A stretch of 63,949 bases of DNA, the filler included, from Stramenopiles sp. TOSAG23-3 (taxonomy: Eukaryota), in the NCBI GenBank assembly GCA_900128585.1. It is 12 parts of 12 records of this genome, joined end to end, with 100 filler letters (N's around TTAATTAATTAA, not from the genome) between each part and the next. Parts side by side here need not be neighbours in the genome. Positions count along the whole stretch, not along the records: positions 47,091 to 53,694 come from LT643285.1; positions 53,795 to 60,395 come from LT643286.1; positions 60,496 to 61,580 come from LT646524.1; positions 61,681 to 62,765 come from LT646525.1; positions 62,866 to 63,949 come from LT646526.1; 7 more parts are not named here. One strand, given 5' to 3'. A model generated the notes under the pieces. The model was not told where the DNA came from, made no database searches, and saw only the letters and a program-made list of their open reading frames with translations. This document shows positions 52,932-63,949 of the stretch, piece after piece. Numbering within the stretch: the first letter of the stretch is position 1; each line of letters opens with the position of its first letter. The translations under genes were made by a program, and so were the position numbers.

Positions 52932-53326
52932 GTTCTACAAACGTTCTTTATTTACCACCTTAGTTGTTTTCGTGTGCGTGTGTGTGAGGGGGGTGGATTA
53001 TCGCGAGTTTTTATTTGAATTCTATTCTGACGTATTATTGCTTTATACGCATTTGATGCAGGTATACGGATCTCTCGTATACCCCCGCCCCCTTTTGTTG
53101 TTGTAGAAGTTAGTGGCGTGAGGATGTGGTGGTGGTGGTGGTGGCTGCTTTATTATTATTATTTACAACAACAGGAGATTTGTTTTTTATAACAAATATA
53201 AAAATCTCTGAAAAAACAATATAAATTAATCTTTAAAAAAATGCCAAGAAGGCCACTTTCGTGGCTAAAACTTAACACACAAACAACCAACCGCGGAATC
53301 CTTTTTCCTTCACTTCCAAATCGTTT

Positions 53327-53694
53327 TCATAATTTGCTATTTTGCCTTCTCCTATCACGATGGGGGGTCATGACCGCCACCTTCGTCCCCAATTCAATTC
53401 CTTTGATGGTACAAATGCTTCGACCTGCTTGTTTGGCTGAACGAATTTCGCTCGTGTACTCTTCCCCAACGGAAACCCTCAATCGCTCAAGATCGTTGGC
53501 TACCAATGCCAACCCCCAAACATATGTCGCATGGCCACCTTCTGACTTTGGTGGGGCGGCAACAACTTCTATGATGGGGGCCTCCGGTTCACCTGGCTCA
53601 CGGTAAAACAGCATTGATGAAGTACCATCGTCCCGAACCGCTCGTCGTCGAAGGGTAAGGTTCAATTCGCTTGACAATGATTTCTCGACTTTAT
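53327..53694 (-). CDS. Glyoxalase-like (VOC) protein, 3' fragment
   Basis: IIEVV…WGLALVANDL…AKQAGRSICTI…VAVMTP. Confidence 0.6.
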
Positions 53695-54131
53695 NNNNNN
53701 NNNNNNNNNNNNNNNNNNNNNNNNNNNNNNNNNNNNNNTTAATTAATTAANNNNNNNNNNNNNNNNNNNNNNNNNNNNNNNNNNNNNNNNNNNNTAAGCT
53801 CTAATGCTATTCCAAGTTAGGGTTAGGGTTAGACGAGACGACTAATTCCACTAATGAAAAAGAAGAAGAAGAGAGAGGAGGAGAAGAAGGAAGAACGAAA
53901 GAAAGAAGAAAAAAGTAGAAGTGTTTGTATTGAACCTTGGTGTTCATTAATATAATATTACGAGTACGAGGCGTACATTTATAATTGGAATATAAACAAG
54001 CGCCCATAGCATAAATATTAGTTTAAAGGTTGAAATTCAAATTAGTGTCCAAAGTCAGTTCTTTTTTTTGTACTGGGGATATATTGGACGGTGAGGCCAG
54101 GTAGATTTTTTTAATTCCCCTACTGCTGAGG

Positions 54132-56540
54132 ATGGCGTCGACACGTGCGCACAAATACGTCTTCTCTATTTGGTATGCCGCGCGGCACGGGAGACAAGAA
54201 AGGGTAGAAGAGTTAGTAGAACGAGATGGGATCGGCCTTCTCAATTCGATAGACACGACGCATGGAGGGCTTACTCCGCTGCACTGGAGTTCGAAATTCG
54301 GGCATGTGAAACTGACCAAGTGGTTGCTGCAGCGAGGGGCGAACCCGTCCGCCGTTGCGGATAATGGTAGCACCCCGCTGCACTTGGCCGCGGGCAACAG
54401 CACTTTAGAAATGGTTCGGCTTTTGTTAGAGTACGCAGCAGAGCCGCGCTTGAAAGACAGCAAAGGCGACACTGCAGCAGAGGTGGCAAAAACGTATAGA
54501 CGGTTCCCTAGCGAAGATCTGATTCGGCGATGGGTTCCGTGTGGTGGTTTCCCGGATATGAGGTCGTCGGGGTTTGAATTCCAGCGAGTAGACGAGCACA
54601 GTTTGCGGTTCACCTTGCCGCCTCCGAAACCACCGCCAAAGCCCCGGCGGCCTTTGGAATGGATGACTCCGGCGGAGGCGGACACAGAAGAGTCCAGGCG
54701 GGATGCCAAGGCGCACCTGTCTGTCTTAGTCGAAACGCTAAAGCTGAAAGAGCAGGGGTTAGGGAAAGATTCCCCTAGTGTAGGGATCAGCTTGCTGAGA
54801 ATGGGGCGGTGCCTCCGGTTGCTGGGCCTTTCACACAAAAAGGACACTCTGAAAACCCTTCATAGAGCCCTTGAAATTTTTGAAGCGCAATACCGAAAAG
54901 CCCAAATGGCCCTTCACCCACCGGAAACGCGGCAACCGAACGGTGAACAGAAAAACGTGGGAGAAGGAGCAGACGAAGACGGGGACAATGACTCCTCAAA
55001 AATTATAGACACGTCCGGCCCTGAGGAAACGATCGACGAAGGGAAGAGAAACATGGACCCGTTGCATGAATCTAAAATTGAAGTTAGCGATCGGATAGTC
55101 AACACCAACGACGGTGAAACCGCAACACGGCCACCCTTTGTTCCTGCCCAAGTATTGCCATCTGCACTAAAAATTGCGACGCAGCGGACAGACGAGTACG
55201 CAACCGTGTTGAAAGAATTGGCGTCGGTGTACGTGACCCACGGCCATTTTGTCGAGGCCGAAAAGTATACGCGCAGGGCTGTGAGGATCTTGTCGATTCA
55301 AGACGGCGACAAAGGGAGTACGATCGACTTGGCGGGTGCGTTGACAAACTTGGCCCTGCTGCTTCGAAAGAACAGGACCGTTGTTACCGACCCCAGGCTC
55401 AAAAAGCAAGATATGACGGCGGTCGAGCTAAAGAAGAGAACTAGCGAGGAAGACGCTATCGAAAGCGAGCGGAAGGAGATAGATTCTCTCCTTCTAAGAG
55501 CTTTGGTTATATCTGAGGAAAACCTAGGGCCAAATCATTTAGACACTGCTGAAATATTGATCCACATATCGAGGGGGCACATGCTGAGAAAGGAGTTCAA
55601 GAAGGCAGCAGTGTGCTGTGAACGGGCCCTCGGGATAATTGGAGAGGCAAACCCAAATACAGAACAGCACGCTAAGCTTTTCGATGAGCTTGCAGAAAGC
55701 TACTTTAAGATCGGACGTTTCGACCTAGCAGAAAAACTGTTTCAGAATGCGTTGGAGATCCGAGAAGCCCTCCACAATACTAAAATGATCCCAGACCTTC
55801 AAGGGAGCCCGAGGGGAGAAGATTTACCTACTATTCCTATTGTAGAAGACGGCACAGACGATGAGCTGGTCGCATCAGAAAAGACAGAGAGTAAACCGTT
55901 GGAAAACCTGGACAGGACAAAAGGTGGGAGACTCGGCGCCATGAGGCGGACCATGCAGAAAGTACACGAGGCGGACGAGGGCAATGCGGACGCTTCCGTC
56001 CCCATCATCATGCGGGCAGAAGCTGGGACAGTGGAAGGCAAAAAACGGATAATTTCGGAGGAAGAGAAAAAGCAAGTCCCATTTTCAAAAGGGTATGTTC
56101 GGAGAAAACCAGAAGATTACGAGTACGAGGAAGTAACTTTGATTCACCCAGATGTTCGTCGCACGTTCAACAATCTCGCTATTGCTTCCAACGAAAAGAT
56201 AAAAGTTGAGAGGAAACTAAGACGAACCCGAAGGGCTAGCATTCAAAAATACAGAGCAAAAGTTGACCGGGTTCGAAGGAAAGACGACCGCTTGTACTTG
56301 TCGGAGCGGCCTCTCCGCGAAGCCGAAGGTGTGTACAGCGGAACAGTGGGAGGGAAAAGCGCCGTTTCAACCGTATTGGACGAGTACGACAAGGTCGGCG
56401 TGAAGGGCCAGCAACGTTTTAAGCTGAAACACATCAACGACGAAGATTCTCTCCTTCTCGGTGACCGGGCGCATGTATCATCCCGGCAGAACTCATCCCT
56501 CCCTAGAACCTCGAAAAGTGGAAGAAGAAGAAAGAAGTAG
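54132..56540 (+). CDS. Ankyrin plus TPR (kinesin-light-chain type) protein
   Basis: GLTPLHWS, GSTPLHLAA; LGPNHLDTA, AEKLFQNALEIRE, HPDVRRTFNNLA. Confidence 0.88.
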   Translation: MASTRAHKYVFSIWYAARHGRQERVEELVERDGIGLLNSIDTTHGGLTPLHWSSKFGHVKLTKWLLQRGANPSAVADNGSTPLHLAAGNSTLEMVRLLLEYAAEPRLKDSKGDTAAEVAKTYRRFPSEDLIRRWVPCGGFPDMRSSGFEFQRVDEHSLRFTLPPPKPPPKPRRPLEWMTPAEADTEESRRDAKAHLSVLVETLKLKEQGLGKDSPSVGISLLRMGRCLRLLGLSHKKDTLKTLHRALEIFEAQYRKAQMALHPPETRQPNGEQKNVGEGADEDGDNDSSKIIDTSGPEETIDEGKRNMDPLHESKIEVSDRIVNTNDGETATRPPFVPAQVLPSALKIATQRTDEYATVLKELASVYVTHGHFVEAEKYTRRAVRILSIQDGDKGSTIDLAGALTNLALLLRKNRTVVTDPRLKKQDMTAVELKKRTSEEDAIESERKEIDSLLLRALVISEENLGPNHLDTAEILIHISRGHMLRKEFKKAAVCCERALGIIGEANPNTEQHAKLFDELAESYFKIGRFDLAEKLFQNALEIREALHNTKMIPDLQGSPRGEDLPTIPIVEDGTDDELVASEKTESKPLENLDRTKGGRLGAMRRTMQKVHEADEGNADASVPIIMRAEAGTVEGKKRIISEEEKKQVPFSKGYVRRKPEDYEYEEVTLIHPDVRRTFNNLAIASNEKIKVERKLRRTRRASIQKYRAKVDRVRRKDDRLYLSERPLREAEGVYSGTVGGKSAVSTVLDEYDKVGVKGQQRFKLKHINDEDSLLLGDRAHVSSRQNSSLPRTSKSGRRRKK

Positions 56541-57077
56541 AAGAAAAAATAAAAGCCGGCGGGTGCGTTACTTTGCTCAAGGAGAGTTTATATAAACGGG
56601 GAGCTAAAATACTTAAAAAATAATACCAAAAAATGGTAATAAAATAACACGATGAGAGACACGCGCGTTCTTCGTTACTATTTTATCTAATACCATCGTA
56701 CTGTACATATATAGAACACAGCATTAGCAAAATAGAAATCGAATTTAAATAATAGTAAAAAAAAAATGGCAGTCCGTCATCACACACGTATAAGATATAT
56801 TAAATAATAATAATATACTACCACACAACACTACATTACTACATTACTTCTCCTTTTTTTTGTTGGAATAATAATTAATTATTATTATTAATTAAACCAT
56901 GCGTAAAATATACACGTTTTACAATCCAACTGCACTTGAGAAACAAATTAACAAAAACTTTGAATGTTATTCATTCACGATCATCGCTTCATTTTATTTC
57001 ATTTGACCAACAAGTTTTCCAGACGAAGAAAAATTTACAAACGGAGTTTTGTATCTTACGAACTAAACCAGAACGCT

Positions 57078-58460
57078 ATGGCCGAGACAGGATTTAATGC
57101 CTACGAGGTGTTGGGGTTGCCCGCGGACAGTGACGAAGAGGCGATTAAACAGAAATACCATGAACTTGCAAAAAAATATCACCCTGACAAACAAAATAAC
57201 AAAAGTGAGGAGGAAGTTGCGAAGGCAAAGGAGCTTTTCGGGAAGATTCAGAAGGCCTATGAAATCTTAACGGACAATGAAGCTCGAAGTGCGCACGACA
57301 TTGTTATATCAGAGGCACCGGACTATTCGAAGAGACCGGGAGGCGACGCCCCACTAGAGGTGGCGCTCTTGATATACATAACCTCTTGGGGCATATCTCG
57401 AATAGACGGCCACGAAACGCTGAATTTAAAAATCAGCATCGAATCTTACTGGACCGATCACAGGCTCAGGGGCTGGCCGAAGGGGAAGGAACTCCCTGAT
57501 GACTTGTGGAGACCCGAGGTTTTCGCTCGCCCATTCTCAACCGTCAAGGATGAAGAAGGGCCAACGATTTTCGACCGCAATGTGAATGATGGTAGGGTCC
57601 GATACACTTTACCCCTTAGCGATATGAACAAGAAACTAGACGATGATTTTGACCGGCTGAAGAATTTCCCGTACGATTGTTTGAGGCTCGATACGTTCTT
57701 GTGCTTGTCTGGGGAACATAGACTCGAGTCAAGCAAAGACATCACGCTTAAATTAGGAAGAACTCTTGTGTCTGGCAAGGAGGCCCATATTATTTGCCCA
57801 GCACACTTTCGTTCGGGCGAGTTCATTATGACCGGTATGTCGTACGGTCTTGGCTTTCACACGTCTCCCAACATGAAAGACCAAAAGTACATAGACTTGG
57901 TATTCTCTTGCCACCTTAAGCGCGACCCAACGTTTTACAAATACAAAGCAATATACCCTACCATGGCAATTGTCTTGGTCAGCCTTGCGACTTACAGCAT
58001 GGACGCCGCTGATCTGGGAGATCGAATGGAAACCGTTATTGGGATGTTCCTCACATCTTTTGCTATCCAGTGGACCGTAATGGAGCGTCTCCCGCCAACG
58101 CCATACCTGAACAACGTCGACTTAGGATTGGTGAGCGCGCTCAGCGCAATGGGTATGATCATAGTAGGCCATTGCACTGCCTATCGAATCTCAAAATACG
58201 ACGAAGAGATGGCAGCAACGTGCGATTGGGTGTTCTTGATCGCGATTGTCTCTTTATACTCCATCTCCCAAGTCGCGCTGATATTTCGAATGAATAAGTT
58301 TTCCGGCAAAGGCGCCGGTCGCATGTGGAAGGAAGGCAATGCCTTCTTTAATAGGATGTGCACCATTACGGAAGGTTACTATTGTGAGTTTAGTACTTCA
58401 AATTGGAGCTTGGGCCAGACAAACGTTGGGGAAAAGGTGGTAGACCTGAAGAACTTTTAG
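57078..58460 (+). CDS. J-domain (DnaJ) fused to a Cys-less pentameric ligand-gated ion channel
   Basis: YEVLG…KYHPDK…IQKAYEIL; then YWTDHRL, LWRPE, FPYD, LKR..FY…YP (M1), DR…FLT (M2), LP.TPY…D (M3) and M4. Confidence 0.9.
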   Translation: MAETGFNAYEVLGLPADSDEEAIKQKYHELAKKYHPDKQNNKSEEEVAKAKELFGKIQKAYEILTDNEARSAHDIVISEAPDYSKRPGGDAPLEVALLIYITSWGISRIDGHETLNLKISIESYWTDHRLRGWPKGKELPDDLWRPEVFARPFSTVKDEEGPTIFDRNVNDGRVRYTLPLSDMNKKLDDDFDRLKNFPYDCLRLDTFLCLSGEHRLESSKDITLKLGRTLVSGKEAHIICPAHFRSGEFIMTGMSYGLGFHTSPNMKDQKYIDLVFSCHLKRDPTFYKYKAIYPTMAIVLVSLATYSMDAADLGDRMETVIGMFLTSFAIQWTVMERLPPTPYLNNVDLGLVSALSAMGMIIVGHCTAYRISKYDEEMAATCDWVFLIAIVSLYSISQVALIFRMNKFSGKGAGRMWKEGNAFFNRMCTITEGYYCEFSTSNWSLGQTNVGEKVVDLKNF

Positions 58461-58878
58461 GTCGGAGGAAGGAAAAAAAGATAGGAAAATAATTATTACA
58501 ACTACCATAATATGTATTCTTTTACTAAATGTTTGTACTTATTAAATAGGAAGTATATATTCTAAAATGCGGTGATCTTCTATCTAAATTCGAAAATACA
58601 TATTTTTCCCCTGCTGCTCTCATCATCCTCTCCTCCTCTCTGGTCGGTCGGCGGCCTCTCTTCTCTCTTCTCTCTTCTTCTAATTCAACAACAATTTATA
58701 ATATCCTCATCTCAATTTGTAATAACTAAATTCTAAATTTATGTTAGGTGGAACAATTTCAATGTGTATGTAAACAGAACCATAAAAAGGGAATATAACA
58801 ACAAAGCAAGAGAGGCATTTTGAAGAAGGTTATTACGCTTGCATCTGTGATATTGAAACCCATTTTGTTTGCAGTATT

Positions 58879-60300
58879 ATGTCGGACGAGCCGGACACCG
58901 AAATGGCAACTCAGGCACCTCGTCCCATCGACCACGAACAGCTTTTGCTTCGCCCGTCTCCCTTTGGGAACGAGACGGGGAAACTGCCCAACGGTATATT
59001 TGAACCTGGGGCAGATGTCGTCAAGAGCTTGGGCTCTTCCCGTGTCCTAGTGATCGGTGCGGGGGGGCTCGGGTGCGAAATTTTGAAGGATTTAGCGATG
59101 AGTGGGTTCAAGAACATTCACGTTATTGATATGGATACGATCGACGTGTCCAACTTGAACCGACAGTTTCTGTTCAGGCAAAAGGACGTTGGTGGGTACA
59201 AATCGGAAGTAGCGGCTAATTTTATCATGTCCAGAGTCCCTAGCTGCAATGTAGTAGCGCACGTGGGCAAGATCCAAGACAAACCGCCCGAATGGTACAA
59301 GGGCGGCACGGCGTATTTGCCCGACGGGACGGAGGAGACCTACGAGGGCTTCACCACGGTAATAGCGGGACTGGACAACATCGCAGCCCGGCGGTGGCTG
59401 AACGATATGCTGTGTAGCTTTGTTGAACTAGACGAGGACGGCGACATCGACGGGGAAGAGAGCACGATTATCCCGTTAGTAGATGGGGGCACGGAGGGTT
59501 TCAAAGGCCAGGCGAGGGTAATTTTGCCGCGGATCACCTCTTGCTTTGAATGTTCCATGGCAACGTTTACACCATCGACTGTCTTCCAGCTCTGCACGGT
59601 TGCAGAGAATCCCAGAAAGCCAGAGCACTGCATCGCGTACGTCATGTTTGCAATAAATGGGACTGCGTCGGGGAAGGCGGCGGAGCCGTACAAAAATGGG
59701 TGGGAGAGCAAGTTTGGAAAGGGGGCCAAACTAGATAAAGACAACCCAGCCCACATGCAGTACATCTGCGCCAATGCGATAAACCGGGCCAACGAGTATA
59801 ATATCCCGCCACCGGACTACATGCTGACCATGGGGGTCGTGAAGAGTATTATCCCTGCCATAGCGTCCACGAACGCGCTGATTGCCGCCTGCTGCGTCAA
59901 CGAGGCCTTCAAAATTGTGACGTTTGCCTCACAAACGCTGGACACTTGGCACCAGTTCATGGGAGCCTCAGGGATCAATTCCTTGAAAATCAGCTACGAA
60001 AAGAACGAGGCCTGCCCCGTCTGTTCGGGTCGCCCCGCAATGCTAAAAGTTGACCTGAACACCACCACGCTCAGAGATGTCCGAAAGGTTTTGTCCGAGC
60101 CACCTTTCTCGTTTGGCGACTGCAGCATTCGAGGCGCAGGGAAAACCCTCTTCATGAACAAACCCCCGGCGCTACGAAAACAAACGGAGCCGAATCTGCC
60201 AAAAACATTGGCAGAGCTAGATGTATCACTTGGCGACGAATTGAGCCTGACAAGTAGTCTCTTGTTTAGCAAGCAGACGGCGAAAATAGTCGGGCTTTAA
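58879..60300 (+). CDS. UBA3: NEDD8-activating enzyme E1 catalytic subunit
   Basis: VIGAGGLGCEILK, SNLNRQFLFR, GLDNIAARRWLN, DGGTEGFKGQARV, LCTVAENPRKPEHC, IPAIASTNA. Confidence 0.95.
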   Translation: MSDEPDTEMATQAPRPIDHEQLLLRPSPFGNETGKLPNGIFEPGADVVKSLGSSRVLVIGAGGLGCEILKDLAMSGFKNIHVIDMDTIDVSNLNRQFLFRQKDVGGYKSEVAANFIMSRVPSCNVVAHVGKIQDKPPEWYKGGTAYLPDGTEETYEGFTTVIAGLDNIAARRWLNDMLCSFVELDEDGDIDGEESTIIPLVDGGTEGFKGQARVILPRITSCFECSMATFTPSTVFQLCTVAENPRKPEHCIAYVMFAINGTASGKAAEPYKNGWESKFGKGAKLDKDNPAHMQYICANAINRANEYNIPPPDYMLTMGVVKSIIPAIASTNALIAACCVNEAFKIVTFASQTLDTWHQFMGASGINSLKISYEKNEACPVCSGRPAMLKVDLNTTTLRDVRKVLSEPPFSFGDCSIRGAGKTLFMNKPPALRKQTEPNLPKTLAELDVSLGDELSLTSSLLFSKQTAKIVGL

Positions 60301-60495
60301 AAAGAATGTTACAGTTCAAAGGCAGAATAGAAAGAAGAACAGAGATTAATATGGAAGTAATACGAACGTAATGTAGAAGGAGAACGTCTTGAGAANNNNN
60401 NNNNNNNNNNNNNNNNNNNNNNNNNNNNNNNNNNNNNNNTTAATTAATTAANNNNNNNNNNNNNNNNNNNNNNNNNNNNNNNNNNNNNNNNNNNN

Positions 60496-60940
60496 ATGAT
60501 CCCGCAGAGCACGGCTCGCAATCTCCAGCATCATCGTGTTTGGGAATATCACCACTATCGTCGCTGATAAACTTCCCTGCAGGGCATCCTTCGCACGCGC
60601 TCTGCCCCTGGCTCTTGGCGTACTGGCCTTTCTCGCAAACTTTGCACTGGCTTTCACCGTGTAAACCGGCATACTTGCCAACTTCGCAGTCTAGGCAATC
60701 TTCGATGCTGTCGTGGGCCATTGCGCCCGTTCCGTTATCGAACAGGTACTTTCCTAGCGGGCATTTCGTGCATTCTGACTGGCCTTTTCCAGAGTACTTG
60801 CCGGAGCCACAAACTTTGCACGACTCGTCGGTCGGGAGGCCGTACATTCCCGAATTGCATTCAATCGCCGCAATCTGACTCCCGGCGACAGAGAGTAGTA
60901 CTACAAAGAGCCAAAGCGCCAGTGCCCTCATCGAAGCCAT
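60496..60940 (-). CDS. Secreted Cys-rich repeat protein (GCC2/GCC3 or ephrin-receptor-like repeats), 3'-truncated
   Basis: Signal peptide; repeated CxxCxxGKY units. Confidence 0.8.
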
Positions 60941-61680
60941 GGTTCCTCCAACAAGAAAGCGCTTTAGAATCCAACTCGGTTTATCTTTTTATCTTTTTAA
61001 TTTTCTCCTGCATCCCGCTGGCAGTAGCAAATTGATGCCAGTGATCTTTCTCTATTTCTTCCTTGTACAATTGATTGGTAATGCTATATAAATGCAATCT
61101 GTGGGCTTCGTAGAACCAGAACCCCGTCGACACTTGCTCTCTTTTTTTTGGCTCAGTCCTCAGTCCTTTAGTCGGTGAATACAAAACACACTACATGTAA
61201 TACTATTAATTATGCACGAACTACTAAAAAAGAAAACATTGGACTGGAAGAACAAAATATCGTAATGTATTTATTTTATGATTCTAACCGTATATCATGA
61301 AAGTATTGTTTTATATATATCCTACAATTGTATTTCACGTATATTTCAATATTCTAGAATTAATTCGTGGATGAATGAATTTATACTCCTTGCTCACTCA
61401 TATATTTTTTAATTAAAATATAATTGTAGTAGTATACAGATAGGCTGTATTTTACTTTTTTTAAACAAAATTATTTTGTTTATTTATAGCAGCATGGTTA
61501 CAATTTAATATTAATATAAATTCGTCTATATATATACACAGCATCTATTATTTAATAATTGGCCAATAATCATTCTATTANNNNNNNNNNNNNNNNNNNN
61601 NNNNNNNNNNNNNNNNNNNNNNNNTTAATTAATTAANNNNNNNNNNNNNNNNNNNNNNNNNNNNNNNNNNNNNNNNNNNN

Positions 61681-62686
61681 CCCATGGACGACGACCAAGT
61701 CATTACTACCGAAGTTGAGACGGTCAACGAAAATGGTGAAAAAAAGACCATTACCGACCAAGTTACAGAAATGGCTGGTCCCAAGGAAGGAACGCTTGAA
61801 GTACTGTGCGTGCGCGGAGAACGACTGAGAGATACCAGCTACATGTTTGACAAATGTATGGATCCTTACGTTCAGCTGCAGGCGTCCTGGTTGACACAAA
61901 AAAAGTCTACAAAACCGGCTGTGAACATGCACCAAGAGCCAATGTGGACCGAAGCGTCCCATGGCTCAAAAAAGCTGTTTGAGTTGAAAAAAACTCACAT
62001 CAACAAAAATTTAGCAGTTGGATCCCTCAATGTCAAAGTATTCGACTCGAATGTGGGTCCTGATCCCCTGATAGGTTCTTGCACTTTAAACGTAACGAAG
62101 TTTACCAACTCCCTTCCAGATCATGCGCAGTGGGGAAGAGTCCGCGCTGAATTGACCGGGAAAGACGGTGCAACTGCAGGTGATCTACATCTTCAAATAA
62201 GATTTTTGCGCAAAGATGGGGTTAAAGTTGTGTCGCCCGCTCCAAAGTCTGTAAACGATCCCCCCAAGCAGTCTGAAGCCGGGGAAAAACCAAAGTTTCT
62301 CTGTCCTGGGGTGTTTGCATTGCAGGTAGGGAACCCATCAGGAGATATTGCCAAAGATCTGAGAGGTAAAAATGTCAAGGTTGTTGTGATACCGAAATGG
62401 TTGGGAAGCAGTGGAATGCAACATCTGAACTATCCTGCAAAGGAAAAGGGCATTAAACCAAACGTGCGTCATTTTCAGTTTTCAGGGGCCTCTGGAGACG
62501 TAGCATTCAATGATATGAAAGAAAACTTTGAACTAAGATTTGAGTTGTCTAAAGAATCTGGTCACATTCCGGGCTTTAAAGAATTTAAATTGGCGTACAA
62601 AGGTGCCCTATCGTTTAAAGAGATTACGAAGCTCTTTCCGAAAATTACAGAGCCCAAAGCTGATGAGGCAGCCACAACATCGACTG
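61681..62686 (+). CDS. C2-domain protein fragment
   Basis: GTLEVLCVRGERL, MDPYVQL, EPMW, VKVFDS…DPLIG. Confidence 0.8.
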
Positions 62687-62765
62687 GGTCGGTAATGGTC
62701 TTTTTTTCACCATTTTCGTTGACCGTCTCAACTTCGGTAGTAATGACTTGGTCGTCGTCCATGGG
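62687..62765 (-). repeat. Exact 79-bp inverted duplicate of the contig start (61681-61759)
   Basis: Reverse-complement match; both translate to MDDDQVITTEVETVNENGEKKTITD. Confidence 0.95.
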
Positions 62766-62897
62766 NNNNNNNNNNNNNNNNNNNNNNNNNNNNNNNNNNN
62801 NNNNNNNNNTTAATTAATTAANNNNNNNNNNNNNNNNNNNNNNNNNNNNNNNNNNNNNNNNNNNNTAGAGGAGATAGCAGGAGTCTAGGCTGGAGCG

Positions 62898-63949
62898 TTA
62901 GCAGACTGAAGGAATATCACCGACCGACCAGAAAGGGCGAGTCGATGACACCTGAAGTCTGGCCAGTAGCATAACCGTCCACCCCCGAGTGAAGTGTGGG
63001 TTTTCGTCGTTCGGGTTTCCTCTTGTGTTGTATCTGTGGGATTCTTCCGTGCGCGGTGTGTTTTCCTTCTTAGTGCGTTTGGTGACTGCCGTGTCTCTCC
63101 CCTGGTTGGGAGATATTAGTTTGCTCCCCTGGATATGGGATAAGTTTTCGCTCCCCTGGTTTGGAGATATTAATTCGCTCCCCTGGATATGGGGTGTCGG
63201 CTCGCTCCCCTGGTTTGGGGATGTCGGCTCTCTCCCCTGCGTCGGGAATAGCTGTGTGCGGACTTCTCGCACGCATTTAAGTTTTGTTTGTTTGTCCGCG
63301 TCCGTTTCAGGCTCGATTATTGTAACTCTTCTCCCCTCGAGAATCGGGGGTGTGAACGGGTGAGGACGTTTATTTTCGATGCGGAAATCAGGTGGGGTAT
63401 CCTTGTCGAGTGATTCAAAGCTGTAGCGATCCAGTTGTAAGCTTTTGGTCGTGAGTGGTACGTGTGTGCGTGTAATTGGCAGTTCCTGTGCAATCTCATT
63501 GTAATAATTTTGAGTCCACGTGCAGCTTTGGTCGAAGTTTACGTGTTGTGCGTGGATGGTGGCGAATTTTGCGCTGGCGTCGGTGCCTCTGGTTAGTCGT
63601 GGGTCCCATAGGATATATCCTTTGCGGTCGAGTCCGATAAAAATGTACGGTTTGGCGATTGGGCACATTTTTCCAGAGCGCTCCTTGGGATCGATGCGGA
63701 CCCAGGCGATGGATCCGAAGACGACTAGTTGTGATACGTGTGCTTTGGCTCCGCACGCCATTTCGTATGGTGATTTGCTGTCTGGGTTTGCAGAGCAGGG
63801 AAGCAGGTTGATGATTCTGGCTGCTTCGACTATGGCGAAGTTCCAAAGTTCGACCGGGAGTTTTGCGATCTCCAGCAGAGATCTTGCCTTTTCGCGAATG
63901 AATCGGATGGATATTTCGACGAAACCGTTTTGGGGGCTGGCGTTCGGTG
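62898..63949 (-). mobile_element. Ty1/Copia LTR-retrotransposon pol fragment (integrase C-terminus and SH3-like region); no reverse transcriptase in the contig
   Basis: Frame open from the contig end: SPQNGFVE…ARSLL…LPVELWNFA…AARIINLLP…SPYEM…LVVFGS…IFIGL..KGY.LWD. Confidence 0.88.
63094..63240. repeat. 27-bp minisatellite (~5.4 copies) inside the Copia linker
   Basis: Units begin T(C/T)(G/T)CTCCCCTG at 63094, 63121, 63148, 63175, 63202 and 63229; they encode QGSEPTPHI-like 9-mers. Confidence 0.9.

Noticed and set aside
1-63949. Alternative genetic code, tRNA/rRNA genes, or a functional cluster spanning the window
   Set aside because: Conserved genes translate cleanly and end at TAA, TAG or TGA; no tRNA or rRNA signature was recognised by eye; the contigs are unlinked

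Overview
Eukaryotic DNA from a compact, very intron-poor protist genome. It is probably a flagellated heterotroph, possibly a stramenopile (taxonomy is low-confidence inference). The window is not contiguous: it joins 12 length-sorted contigs (nine of ~6.6 kb, three of ~1.08 kb) with 100-bp N/TTAATTAATTAA/N linkers, so adjacency across linkers means nothing. About 35 protein-coding genes sit in mostly single-exon ORFs separated by AT-rich, (GAA/CTT)-rich spacers. Recognisable genes include LIG1, RPL13A, UBA3, CENP-S, a GaaA-type D-galacturonate reductase, a USP, Sec14-GOLD, ELMOD, TTC12, EML-like, a P2X-like receptor, two crotonase paralogues and a Copia integrase fragment. Five observations stand out. 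(1) A J-domain is fused directly to a Cys-less pentameric ligand-gated ion channel that has no signal peptide. (2) A GNAT-TMTC-TPR-GT34 fusion protein. (3) A modular ~60-100 bp repeat family found only at gene 3' ends or in convergent spacers. (4) A 9-mer, AGACGACTA, recurring ~300-360 bp upstream of start codons. (5) An ankyrin-MUT-7-like exonuclease. Two contigs end in exact 79-bp inverted duplications that look like amplification or assembly artefacts. All calls are by-eye motif recognition; no database searches were run.
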